Assembly: GCA_050273025.1 (NCBI GenBank)
Contig: CP158635.1
Span: forward strand, 10,664,001 to 10,728,000
Source of the DNA: Cenococcum geophilum
Taxonomy: Eukaryota
Direction: 5' to 3'
DNA length: 64,000 nucleotides
Shown here: piece after piece, positions 1-13,799 of the stretch
How the letters are laid out: every line of letters begins with the position of its first letter
How positions within the stretch are numbered: the stretch's first letter is position 1
Position numbers and translations under genes: made by a program
The notes under the pieces: generated by a model
Told to the model about the DNA's origin: nothing
The model's database searches: none
What the model saw: the letters and a program-made list of their open reading frames with translations, nothing else

Positions 1-229
1 CTAATACTCCTATACCTTTCCTATAGCATTTCTTAGGTTCTATAATAACTTCTAGGTAGTCTCGTTATAACCTATCCACTTTACTTTATACTATATTTTA
101 TTATTAATGTCCTTATAGTTAATAATCTTTAAAACTTACTATTTATCTTCTTTTTATCCTCTATATATATCTGCCTTATAGACTAATAGCTCTATATCTC
201 CGTATACTAGTTCTAGCATTATAATATAC

Positions 230-380
230 TATTAGTATAATATTCGTTTCACGTGTTACGTGACCTACGCGAGACGCGTATATGTATTAACACTGCATTA
301 GAGTAGAACCTTAAGAATCCAACTACACATCGCACTGCACGTATATTACGTCTATTGCATCGTGTTAAAGTATCCCGACA
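230..380 (+). repeat. Copia-1 5' LTR (151 bp)
   Basis: Direct repeat of 5940-6103; TGTCGG start mutated to TATTAG; ends CCCGACA. Confidence 0.95.
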
Positions 381-721
381 CTAATTAGTGAGCGCGCACA
401 GATTAGGAAACACGCAGATAGCTTGGAAGACAGTTATACTATCCACCTTGCAGCAGATTGGAAGATAGTTATACTTATCCACCTTTCGTATCAGCCTATT
501 TTAGTTAAAGAGAAGAAGAGAAACTACCTAGGAGTACTTGTTTGGTATCCACGACGACTACTAGACTTCTCGTTCTATCTATTCCAGAGGACCACTGCGC
601 AAAAACACCTACTTAAACCGCCCCCTTAACCGCCTCCTCAACTACCTCCTTAACCGCTCCCCTACCTTTACCCTATAAATACCCTTACCTTTACCTACCT
701 AAATAATCTATAAACTACAAG

Positions 722-3700
722 ATGTTAGGAACAGAGAAAGACTAGGAGGAAGAAGCAGCTAAATAGAAAGATAGAATTAACCTAACGGAAGCCTCTAAAG
801 ACGAACTAACCAACTACTTATAATATAAGATGTACGTATACACAGAGATATATAACTAGCTAGACTTAACACTCTAGAAATTATTCTAGGGAGATTTTAA
901 GGACTTTACGGTTAATATCTTCACGCAAATCCCCTTATACTAGCTTTAGCAGCTACACGATTGCCTAAATATTAGAGGAGTATAGGTTAATATTAACCAC
1001 AAATAAGGCAAAATACTCCCTTAGTCTTTATACGAAATAGTATAAGAAACAGACTAAACTAAATAGAGCAGAGAGATGATTAAATTAGCCAATAATAAGT
1101 ACAGACCGACGCTATTTAGATTAATTAAAGTATATATAATAAAGGGCACTTTAGAGGAGTAATAATAAGCTAAAGCTACCGCAACCTAACTAACTAGTAT
1201 ACTAACTACCTCTACCTCCACACTATCTGTTACGCCTTAATCTACAATAATAATATAGCAACTCTACGTATAACCTATAGACGAGGAGAACCGCCCTATT
1301 ACTACAACCGGCTATAAAAAGGAAATTATAAATGCAGCTAAGATATACATAGAGGAGTAGAAATACGGTGGAATAAACGAAAGCCTTAACTATAAATTAA
1401 CAATATTCTATAACATCTATAGTTAAGCGGATGTACCCCAAAAAGCCTACCTTAAGGCATTTCCTACTATGTTAAAAGGACTAGCTTTAGACCACTTCTA
1501 TATAAACTAACTATCCTACCTATTATTTACTAAAGCTTGCGAGTACCTTTGGAATTTCTTTAAAGGATTAGGATTTTAATGCAAGAACCTAAATAAGTGG
1601 AATACCGTTATACTTATAATAGTAATAGCAGGAAATATAGACAAGTCTATAAGCAAATGCCTCCAATTGCTAATTTATAGACTTTGTTAACTATAGCACG
1701 GCCTTAGATCCACCTTATAAACTATAAACTTCCTTTACAATAAAATCGTCACTTCTTGCTAGGGAATACTAGTATATAAATATGCAGTCTCTAACCTACT
1801 AGACAACTTTAGAGCCCTTATTAATAAACTTTAATCGTCTATTATAGTATATAAAAAAGAGTATATAGAGAAGATATAAGCTTTCTTTATAGACCAACAA
1901 TTCTATAAAAGAGACAATAACTATAACCGTAATAATTATAGCAACCGTAGCAACCGCCCGTATAACCACAACCAATAGAAACTACGTTACTTTATATGTA
2001 ATAAGGAAGGATATCGCTTATAGAAATATACTAAAGAGGAGCAAGAAGAGTCTAAGACTAAGTTTAAAAATAAGTTTAAGGACTACCTCTAGGAGCGAAT
2101 AAAGCAATATATTATAAACTATAAAGGCAATAATGACGAGGATAATAATAAGGACAACGAGATTACTAACGTATTTAACGCTCTGGTAGTTAATATAAAC
2201 CCTAATATTCTATTAGATAAGGACGACTAGGCTATAGTATACTACACTTTGTATAGTGAGATCGAACTAGATAATGTAACTACTATAGCTTTAGAACTGG
2301 CCAACAAAGTATATAGCCACGCAGTTACAACTATCAATACTATAATAGATATATTCCCTACTAACACAGACCCATTTGCGTACAATATAACCTCATACTA
2401 CACCTCCATAAAGTTTATAGGTGTAATAATCAACACTAGAGCCTCTAAACGTTTTATAGTAGGATATAGTTAGTTTTTTACGCTTTAAAAGATTAATAAA
2501 GTACAGTTAAACGAGTCTATAAGAGACATAGTTAGCGTATAGCTTAGAATAGGTTCTATATCTTCTATTAGTTCTATTAAGGTAGCTACACTAATAGGCA
2601 CAGTAGAGTTTTACGTTATTAAAGTTAATACCCCTTTCCTGCTTTGCCTAGTAGATATAGACAATTTATAAGTATACTTTAACAACCTAAAGAATGTCCT
2701 AATAACCCCCTTAAAGACCATACTAGTTATACGCCGATTCGGACACCCGTTTCTACTATAGAATACTTTATTGCATATATTTATTATAGAGTCCTTTAAC
2801 TAAAACCTATGCTATTTAACTGATGTAGAATTGCGACGCCTACACTAACGCTTTAGATATCCGTTAGTATAGCAACTCAAGAGAATACTAAACCGCGTCG
2901 GCTATAAAAATAATGCTAATCGTAAGACCCTTAAGCATATTACCCGCTACTGCCTATACTGTTAAAAACACGGAAAGTCAACAGGTAGATTTAGATTCAC
3001 CCTAAAGGACGACGTTAATTTTAACTATTATATTATCGTTAATATTATATATATCGACAGCAAACCTATACTTTATATTGTTAATAAAGGCACCCGATTT
3101 TAAACAGGTAGATAGCTATAAAATATTAGCGCTAAGTATATATAGGATATACTACGAGCGTACTAGATTAATATATACCTAGGTCCCCTAAATATAATTA
3201 CACATAATACAGGAAAGAACTTTATTAGTAGAGAGTTTAAGCAATATACGGTTAATATAGGCACTACTATAAAGAGCGTACCGGTCAAAGCTCACAACTT
3301 AATTAGCATAGTAGAACGTTACTACGGCCCCTTATAATATATATACCACATTATTACTTCTAAGATACTAGGAATTAATAAGGATATAGTACTATAAATG
3401 GCCTTTAAAGTAATTAACGACTCTACAAAACCAGATGGCCTAATACCTACGCTATTAGTATTTGGAGTGTACCCCTAAATAACAGAGTCTAACACACCTT
3501 TACCTACAGTGACATAGCGTGCGATTGCATTTAAGAAAGCTATAGAGGAAGTAAAAAAGATATAAGCGGAGCGCCAGGTCGCAGATGTACTTAGCATATA
3601 TAATAGCCCCAGTACTACCGCAATTCATAACCTACCCCTTAACTCTTTAGTACTAGTTTAGAGAGAAGGTAATATAGGATAACTTAGATACTAGGTAGGA

Positions 3701-5569
3701 CTATATAACCTACTAAATATTAAAGGAGAAACGTGTACTATTAACCTACCTAGCAGCCCAATAAAGTTCCGCAGTACTATTATTAAACTGTACTTAATAG
3801 ACCCCAAACACATTTAAGTTGAAGACATTTAAGATAACGGCACCTAAGTTAATAATATTTAAGCTGATAAAACCGTCTCTACATAGAAACCGTCCCTTAC
3901 CAAAACTAAAGCATAACCACCTCGCCGAGGAAGAGGAAGACCCCGCAAGTATCCCCCTTATGTTAATACTGCCGACATCACTGTATTCCTACAAGAGGAT
4001 AACAACTATAAGCAGTTTAAGACGTCCCGTTAAAAGGAAATTATAGGACTAATTAAAAAGGGCGTATTTAAAATAATTAACCCTTAGGATATACCCGCAG
4101 GAGCTAAAATCTTCAACTCACGATTTATAGATAAGATTAAGAACCCTAGTACTAAGAAAGCCTTTAAGAAATTAAGACTCGTCATCTAAGCATATAACGA
4201 TCTTAAAAAGGGCATTATACTAACCCAGTTACCTACTATTTAACGAGTTAGCTAACGCCTTATTCTATACATCGCAGCAATATTATAAGGTAACGGTATA
4301 CAGTTATACCTACAAAATATCTCCTAGGCGTATATCCAGTCTCTTATAAAGCTAAATTAAGACTTCTATATCTAACTACCTTACGAATTAGGAAGCCAAC
4401 TAGGCATTAAAAAGAACTCAATTCTAAAGGTAATTAGGCCTTTATACAGTGTTCTAGAAGTAAGTAATTACTAGTTTATAACCTACCACAATTATTATAT
4501 TAAGGAGTTAGATATAAACTTATTAATATATAACCCTTACCTCTTATAGAGTAACACTCCTAACTACTTCGGTATTATTAGCCTTTAAACTAATAATACT
4601 CTTTTCCTAGCTAATACTACCTTTATAGACGTGGAGCAATAATAGCTAGAAAAGGCTTACTTTTTTATAAAAGAGCGCGAGCAACTTACGGTTAAGCAGT
4701 CACTTAAATTCAACAAATGCATTATTTAACTCTCTTAGGAAGGCAATATTACAATAACCTAGGAACGCTGGTATAAGAACTTAAACATAGTCCGCCTTAG
4801 TAAAGTAGCTATAACTATAAGCTTAAAAGGCATTATTTATAATGCACTAACTATAAAGGAATAATACGTTGCGTAACGCGCTAGAGGTATATATATTGCC
4901 TCTATATACTAACCTAAAGCCTCTTTTAACCTTTCCTTTACTGCCTAGGTAATTAACCCTAAAAAGAGTGATATTATAGTACTTAATAAACGACTCCAAT
5001 GGCAAATTAATAACTTAGTAAGAGGCCTTACGTATATTAAGCTAGACATTAATATATTACGCCTACTTATATTTATAAACGCCTTATTTATAAATAATAA
5101 AGACCTCTTATTGTAAATAGGCTATATTCTAGTATTAGTAGATATAACAAATAAGGCTAATATTGTGTATTAGTCCTTAATTAAGTATAAGAGAGTTACT
5201 AGAAGCGTACTAGTATCTAAACTCTATGCAATAGCCTATATATTTAACATTGGCGCCATAATTAAGTTAACCGTTAAACAACTCCTACAGATTAAACTCC
5301 TACTTATAATTTATACCGACTTAAAATTACTCTACAAATATTTTATTAAGCTAGGCACTATATAAGAGAAACGTCTTATAATAGACGTTATATGTCTTCG
5401 TTAATTATATAAGCGCAAAAAGATTATAGAAGTTAAGTAAATTAATAGCAATAGTAACCCTGCTGACTTAATAACTAAGAGTAAGGTATCTACAGCCCTT
5501 AAGAAGCTAATTAATACCAACTACTTAGAACTATAGGCTAAGGAGTAGGTAGAACGGAAAGACACCTAA
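722..5569 (+). pseudogene. Copia-1 gag-pol pseudogene
   Basis: Protease II(D)T(G)AS ~2425; LRRLH*RF(G)(H)P ~2831; integrase core ~3030-3480; RT L(Q)T(D)(D)T ~4583; RNase H F(T)(D)A(S)F ~5072; C-terminal (W)VER ~5546. Many TAA/TAG stops from RIP. Confidence 0.9.
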
Positions 5570-5639
5570 AAGAGAAAGGAGATTTAATATAAAGAAGTCA
5601 AAAGCAATTATATATTAAAACACTTATTATTACAGTCTT

Positions 5640-5841
5640 GGCAGAATTTAGTAGAATTCAACAAACCTAACAGAATTTAGCAGAATTCAATAGACCTGGC
5701 AGAATTCGGCAGAAGTTACGGATATTACGGATATTACCAATATTGCGAACATAGGACGATTTTACGGTAGTAGGCAGAATATGGCAGAATATGGCAGGAT
5801 GCGGTAGGATGCGGCAGGACGCGGTAGAATGCGGCAGAATG
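5640..5841 (+). repeat. Degenerate ~10-bp tandem repeats in the Copia-1 3' UTR
   Basis: Units such as ggcagaatat, gcggcagaat, gcagaattca, plus ggatattac repeats. Confidence 0.8.
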
Positions 5842-5939
5842 TGATAGGTAGCATGCGCAAGGTGTTATAGGGTGGTCCTGTAATACTTACTATTGCAAAA
5901 GAGGTTCTATTGGTTTCCTAGCATTTAAAGAGTTGCCAG

Positions 5940-6103
5940 TGTCGGTATAATATTCGTTTTACGTGTCACGTGCTCTATGCACGTAACCTACGCGAGACGC
6001 GTATATGTATCAACACTGCATTAGAGTAGAACCTTAAGAATCCAACTATATATCGCACTGCACGTATATTACGTCTATTGCATCGTGTTAAAGTATCCCG
6101 ACA
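5940..6103 (+). repeat. Copia-1 3' LTR (164 bp)
   Basis: TG...CA termini; matches 230-380 with 13 extra bp. Confidence 0.95.
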
Positions 6104-9100
6104 TATACTATATAGGGTAGATCTTTATCTTCGCTAGTAAGTTAAGTCTATACGTAACTTCTAAAATCTTAGCTATAATTCTAAATAGTCCTAGTCTAAT
6201 ATAGTTTAACTTCTTACTTAGTTGTTAACTCGTAAAATTTTTATATAATAGCTATATTTTATCCCCCTCCTTAAGATCTAGTCCCTTAGATCTCTTAGCA
6301 TTATAGTACTTTTTTATTTTTTTATACTAATTTTGCTATAAAATAGAGGTCCTTATAAAGATTTATTAGAGTCTCTATTTTCTATTTTGCTATACTACTT
6401 ATTTTTTTACTTATTTTAGTAACAATAATATTCTAAGCCTATATCCGTAATTTGCCTAAAATAGTAACATCTTTATACCTTCCTATGGTGTTATATTATA
6501 TATAAACTATATAATTAGTAATAGCGATATCTAATTATTTTACGCATAATTAATATAATATTTTAGGTACTATTCTAGTATCTAATTTAATCTTTCCGTC
6601 TATCTATCTGTTTACGGGTAATATATAGTAAAAGTTACTATTCTAACTCCTTATTCCGCTAAAAATACTTCCTAAAATACTACTATAAATCTTAGATCTC
6701 TGTCTAATATAATCTTACTTAGTGCTCTATATTTTATAAATACTTCTTTAATATAGATTCTAGTAATATCCTTTGCTAAGATTTCTTCTATATATGCTAT
6801 AAAGTAGCCCTATTTAGTTAAATTATCTACTATTATAAGGATTATATTATACTCTTATCCGGTAATAGGATCTCTTAACTTTAGCAACTTTATAATAAAG
6901 TTCTATAATATTTTCTTCTATAGACGTTCTGGTACTTTAATAGGCTATAGCTTTCTATACGGCTTATACCTTATTAGCTTATTCCTTTAGCAATTTAAAT
7001 ACTCCTTTATAACTTTTCTCGCTAAGCCCTAAATTCTATAAATAATATATTCCTCTTAAAGTCTTAACACTAAGCCTATAGCTCCATTATGTCCCTATAT
7101 TATTCCCCTATGGAAATCTTTAATAAATTCTTTTGCTATTCCCCTTAGGATATACGTATTTGTTTTCTACTTATACTAGTCTATTTCTAAGTCCTTAGAT
7201 TACGCTTCTTAAATCCTCCTTATTTAATCGCTTTCCAATAGCTCGTACTTTTAAGTTGCTATACTCTTAAAATAATTATATCTAATTAATCTATTACTAT
7301 TTTTGCGTAGCATTGCTCCTAATGGCTTTTTATTATTTTATAGTTTAGCTTTTCTACTTAATACGTCTGCTCTTGTATTCTTAGTGCCTTTAATATACTA
7401 AATCTCGAAATAGTATTCTATAAGTATCTCTGCCTATCTAATCTATCTTTAATTAAGTTTTTATTATTATTAGGAACTCCGTTAGGTTCTTATAATCCGT
7501 TTTAACTATAAATAGTTTCTCTATACCTTATAAGAATACTCTCTATTTTTTAAGTACTATAACTATACTTAATAACTCCTTATTATAGATATCGTAGTTT
7601 AACTCTAGTAGTGTTATCTTTTAACTATAGTATGCTACTAGATGCTATATATTTTTGTACTTCTATAGTAAATATACTCTTAGTATAAAGTCTAATGCGT
7701 CCATTTCTATAACCGTTTTTAGTCCTGGTTAATAGATCTTAAGGATTAGTTCCTAGGTAAATAACTTCTTAAGTTTCTTAAATAACTTTTTTTGCTTATT
7801 CCCTTAAACCTATAGTTCCTCTTTCTTTATAAGCCTAGTAAAGGGTTTAATATTCTTTAACTATTATACTATAAACCTTCTATAAGTAGTTATAAAACCC
7901 TAAGAATAACCTTAACTGCGTTACGTTCTTTAGTTCTTACTAACTTACTATAGCTTCTATCTTCTTTAGGTCCATACTAATATAATCTAATTTAATAATC
8001 AATTTAATAAAATCTATCTTTCTTGTAAAGAACTTATATTTCTTAATTACTACTAGCATCTATTCTTCTTATAGTCTCCTTAAGACCTATTTAACATATT
8101 CTCCGTATTCTTCTTTAGTTATTAAGTAGATAATAATATTGTTAAGGTATACCATAATAAACTTATTAAGGTGTTCTCCTAATATACTATTAATTCGCTT
8201 TTAGAATATTACTAGTACGTTTATAAGCCCGAATTGCATAACTAATAGTTTATATAGTCCTTTCTTTAACCTAAAGGCTGCCTTTTATTTATTACCTTCC
8301 TTAATTCTAATCTAATAATACGTCTATCTTAGATATATCTTTATAAAGATTTATATATTACCTATTTAGTTTTAAATTTTGCTAATTAAGGGTAAAGGAT
8401 ATCTATCCTTTTTAGTAATGCTGTTTAACTGCCTATAGTTAATATATAACCTAAGTTTTCCGTTCTTCTTTAGTATAAATAGTACTAGATAACCTACTAA
8501 TAACTATAATAGTCTAATGTATTCCTTCTGTAGGTTTTCCTAAATAAACTCTTTAAGTGCTCTAGACTCTTCTTTAGTTAGTTTATAGATTAGAAAAAAC
8601 TTTAGACTTATTCCTAGTTCTAATTCTATTTTATAGTCCTATGCTATATACTTTAATAGCTTTTTACTTTCTAGGCTTTATGGTTTTTTATTATACTTAT
8701 AGTATTTCTTTAGTATATAGGATAACCCCTTTTCGGTTTCCTTATATATCGCTCTAACTTAGTACTATACTAACTTAGTTACTATACGCCTCTTATATTA
8801 TTAAGTATCTCTAATATTAACCTAACCTATAATTTAATTAATCTTTAGATTATATTCCTGTAACTAAGGCATGCCTAATACTGCCTTACCCCTTCCTAAT
8901 AGTAGGATATTAAAAGATATCTTAATTTATCTCCCTTTAATAGTTATCTAAATAGGTTCTATTTTAAGATTAATAATACCTCCTCTATAGGTTATTGGAT
9001 CTCCTAAAATTGTAATTAATAGATAAGGGTACTCCTTCTATTTATAAGGTAGTCCTATCCGTTTAACTACTACTAGTAAGATATAGTTTCTTATTACTCT

Positions 9101-10394
9101 ACTATCTATTAACGCTTTAAACTATTAATAGTACTAATTAATCTACAAATTTAGGTGTTGTTCTTAAATTTCTTTAAGGGTTTAAGGCTTTACTACTAGC
9201 TCCCTCTAGTTTTATAGGCCTCTACTTTTCCTAACTATTAGCTGCTTAATCCTTATATACTTAGCTTACTTTTTAGCTAATACCTAGTTCGCTTTTTATC
9301 CTTAATATACTATAGATATATATTCTCTAGGCATTTCTACCACTATTATCTGTCTAAGTATTTTTCCGTAAGGAATCTTTCTAATTAAAGTATTAAATTC
9401 TCTAATTTTTATACTTCTACTAGATGCTAGCCGTATATATACTTAATATTTTTATACTATTACTTATCTAGTACCTTAGGCTAATACATTCTTATAGGGT
9501 ACTTTTAATTCTTTTCCTTTAGATTCTTATGCATATTATATATATTATCTATATATATAATCTATACTAATATATAATATACTAGGTGTCTTAGGTTAAT
9601 TCTTAGCTTATCTTTACTTATAAGTGTAAACCTTTATCTAGCTAATCTAAACATTAGTCTATTATTTACTAATACTATAATTTGTTTTTTACCTCTTTAG
9701 TTTTTTAATCTTCCTTTAGATTTCTTAACGTTATAATTAATGCTCCTTTAATATAACTTATGCGTTTCTCCGTAATTACTTAGTCTTAAATAACTTTCTT
9801 ATTAGCTATATATAAAAGTCTTCTCACTTATTATTATGTCGCTACCTATACTATTTTTAGTATAGTTCCGTAAGCGTATATAATCTATCTATAAGAAAAT
9901 ATCTTATTATTACTGCATTATTATAACCTTTAGTGTGCCGTTCTTTAAATCTAGTTAAAACCCCTAGGTCCTCTTCTTGTTCCAGTTCTTTAAGCCACTT
10001 TACTCTTAGCGTGCCTACTCTTAGCCTATTAGTAATCTTTTATATAGGTACTTTAACCCTAAGTCTACCTAATATTCTTAACCCTTAGTAGCCTCTTTAT
10101 TTTTACTACGCTTTAATTTAGTTTTTAAATTCTTTTTAGCCTTCTTTTAGTCTATATCTAGCTATAGGATCCTCTAGATCTATAAACTTTATAATTCTAG
10201 TATTAACTATTTAACTTTAAGGCTAAATACTTTGTTTACCTACTATAGGTACTTTTACTTATTCTTTGCAGTCTTAAGTCCCTAAGAACTCTCTCCCTAT
10301 ACTTATTTTTTTGCCTTTAAATTAAGCTACTACTCTACTCTATCAATTTTTATTTATTATAGGTCCTTAAGCTTATCTTATCTTATACTAAGAA

Positions 10395-10823
10395 TGTAAC
10401 GGAGCCTTGTAGCAAGAACTACGGTAAACTCGTTAATAGGCTAGGTATATAGGTAATGCAGAAAGTTAATAACGTAATAATAACTGGTGGAGTAGTTGCC
10501 TAATAGATTAACTCTAATTATATTCTAAGAATTACTATAAAGAAAGGAACTATCTAGGTAGGGACTAAGGTCCTTTAAATACACAAACTGCGCCTAAGAA
10601 AGTCCTTACTCCGTTTACTCTATTTACTCTATCTACTCTATCTACTCTATTATAGATCCTATAGATTACACAGATTATATAGATTATATTATATAACCTT
10701 AGCTACTATTCCTTATTATATAGTTCTATGGGTTCTATCCTAGACCGTACTTATATTAACTAACTAGCTTCTTCTAACTCCTCTCCTAGTAGTTATAACA
10801 TTGTACTTAAAGCGTCCATAACA
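10395..10823 (-). repeat. Element B 3' LTR (429 bp)
   Basis: TGTAAC...ATAACA, adjacent to the PPT, repeated at 28638-29057. Confidence 0.95.
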
Positions 10824-10931
10824 CCATCTCCCTCCTCTTTATCTTTGTCCTTAAAGATACCTAATATCTCTAGGTTATTTATTAGAGGTATAATATCCGT
10901 CTAATTAATTTAGTTAATATCTTTACTTATT

Positions 10932-11605
10932 ATACCTAAAGCAATTTCTTCTTCTTCTACAGCTCGTTGGTCTCGTACCGTTACTGCAATATTATCTCTT
11001 AGTAAGATTATACTATCTCTATATTCTTGTTATATAAAAGAAGGGTTAGTCTATATTACGCTAGCGAGTCCTTTATCTTAGCAAACCCTCTTTATATTTA
11101 GAGTGTACTAAAGCAAACATTTAATTATCCTATGATGTTTACTTAGTCTCTAATGCTAAGTATACGCGTTCTACTACTCTTAATAGTCTTTAAGTTCCCT
11201 TATTAATTACTACTAGGGTCTTAGGTTTAATCTACTACTATAAAGCTTAATAATAAGCTTTCGGTGGCGCTGGCGGAACTTTATTACTCCTATAATGCTA
11301 AAAAAGAGGCTACTAATACCTAGCAACGCGCTTTTAATTCTTATCTTACTATATCCACTCGGTTAATCCGTCTTAAAAAGGTATATAAGAAGGTGCGTTT
11401 TAAGGAGTAGAAACTTATAAAATAAGGTTTATAGGAACTTAGCGATAAAAGAACAAATTCTCTTCTAATAGAGAAGGAAATAATTTTAAGTAGTTTAGCA
11501 ATCGTTCCTCCTAGGTCCCCCTTAGGTGGTTTATTCTTTAGTAATCCTTTTTTATTAATATTGCCTAACCTTTTCTCTTCTAATACTCCTATATCTTTTC
11601 TATAG
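10932..11605 (+). pseudogene. Antisense accessory gene of element B (Zn2Cys6-like cluster plus helical tail, probable intron), RIP-degraded
   Basis: Reads (M)PKAISSSTARWSRTVTAILSL...LECTKANI; homologous to 46575-47225 in element E; lies between the pol end and the 3' LTR. Confidence 0.65.
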
Positions 11606-13275
11606 CATTTTTTTAAATTTTCTAGTAGCTCCTAGGTAGTCTTATTATAGCCTATCCACTTTACTTTATACTATATTTTATTATTAACGTTTTTATAACT
11701 AATAATCTTTAAAACTTGCCATTTGTCTTCTTTTTATTCTCTATACGTATTTACTTTATAAACTGGTGGCTTAATATTCCTATATGCTGGCTTTAGCATC
11801 GCAATGTACTATATAGGGTAGATCTTTATCTTAGCTAGTAGATTTAACTTAAATATAACTAATAAAATCTTCTATATAATTTTAAAAGGTCCTAGTCTAA
11901 CGTAGTTTAACCTTTTACTTAATTGTTAACTCTTAAAATTTTTGTGTAGTAGCTATACTTTATCTCCCTCTTTAAGATCTAGTCCCTTAGATCTCTTAGC
12001 GTCATAGTACTTTTTTATTCTTTACTGTACCACCTTAGCTATTTCCGTAAGGTTTATATAAAGATTTATTAATATCTCTATTTTTTACTTAGTTATACTA
12101 CTTATCTTCTTTACTTAATATAGCAATAATAATATTCTTGGCTTATATCCGTAATTTGCCTTAAATAGTAATATACCTATTTCTTTTTGGGGTATTACGT
12201 TATATATAAACTATATAACTGGTAATAATGATATCTAATTATTCTGTATATAATTAATATAATATCTTAAATACTACTCCAGTGTTTAATTTAATCTTTC
12301 CGTTTAACTATCTATCTGTAGATAATATATAATAGAAGTTACTACTTAAACTCCTTATTCCGCTAAGAATACCTCCTAGAATACTGCTATAAATCTTAAA
12401 TCTCTATTTAATATAATTTTACTTAGTGCTCTATATCTTATAAACACTTCTTTAATATAGATTCTAGTGATATCTTCCGCTAAGATTTCTTCTATACATG
12501 CTATAAAGTATCCCTACTTTATTAACTTATCTACTATTACTAAGATTACGTTATAATCTTATCCAATAATAGGATCTTTTAATTTTAGCAACTTTATAAT
12601 AAAGTCCTATAATATAACCTTCTATAGTCTCTCTAGTATTTTAATAGGTTATAGCTCTCTATATAGCTTATATCTTATTAGTTTATTCCTTTAATAATCT
12701 AAACATTCCTTTATAACTTATCTTGCTAGTCTCTAAATTCTATTAATAATATACTCCTCTTAAAGTCTTAATACTAAGCCCATAGCTCTATTATATCCTT
12801 AAGTTAGTCCCTTATAAAATAACTTAATAAATTCTTTTATAATGCTTTTTAGTATATATATTACTTCTTAGTTTTTATACTACTCTAAGTTTAGATTCTC
12901 TATTTGTGCGTCTTAGATTTTTTATAACTAATTACTTTCTAGTAACTTATAGGTCTAACTAATTTCTCTAGTTACTGCGATTTTTAGGTAATTATATCTA
13001 ATTAATCCGTCTATATCTTTTTATAGTAAAGCCTCTAATAGCTTTTTATTATTCTGTAGTTTAGCTTTTCTACTTAGAGCATTTACTTATATATTATCTA
13101 TACCCTTAATATACTAAATCTTAAAATAGTATTCTATAAGTATCTCTACCTATCTAACCTATCTCTAATTAAGTTCTTTTATTATTAGGAACCCTGTTAG
13201 GTTTTTATAATCCATCTTAACTATAAATAGTTTCTCTATACCTTATAAAAATGCTCTCTATTTTTAAAGTACTAT

Positions 13276-13541
13276 TGTGGTGGTGTGATTTGGCCCCTGG
13301 ATTTAATATCTAGATTGGGCATAGCTTTGGGAGAGCCTAGGCCTTATATAAGTTATATAGATCGGTCTAAAGCCCTTAGAGTCAACAATAACTCGGATAG
13401 GCACGACTAACCAAGAATACATTCTTTCCTTTCTTCTTACTAACTGCTTTCCTACTGATTAATTACGACCGACCAACCGACCGACAGATAGATAGATAGC
13501 ATTGAGACTTTCCTATCTAAGAGTAATCGTACCCTCCTATA
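13276..13541 (+). repeat. Element D 5' LTR
   Basis: Direct repeat of 23633-23898; contains (ccga)n and (gata)n microsatellites. Confidence 0.95.
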
Positions 13542-13799
13542 TATTTTATGGCATTCCATATAGGGACAACGGCAAGCTCTTTGGATTAGAAGTCCAGCGC
13601 TATATATATAGGAGACGCATAGGAACGTGCTGCAGCCACTAAAAACTGTTAAGTTACTATTACCGGAAGCCGTTAAGTTACTAATAGGTGCGGAAATTAA
13701 GCACGGAACTACTAGCGACGTACGCGCAGGCATCACTATTACTAAGATAAGTTAATAATACTTTCGGAGATTATTATCTAAGACCTATAGTAGACGGAA

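Larger units (their letters stand above)
230..6103 (+). mobile_element. Copia-1: full-length Ty1/Copia LTR retrotransposon, RIP-degraded
   Basis: LTRs 230-380 and 5940-6103 (TGTCGG...CCGACA); 5-bp TSD TATAC at 225-229 and 6104-6108; host element A rejoins exactly across it; domain order gag-PR-IN-RT-RH. Confidence 0.96.

Noticed and set aside
423..629. 68-aa ORF, and ORFs 2249-2473 and 3819-4046
   Set aside because: Chance frames or stop-free stretches within the RIP-degraded Copia-1.
5640..5841. Repeat array as CRISPR-like
   Set aside because: Degenerate 10-bp tandem units without unique spacers, inside a fungal retrotransposon UTR.
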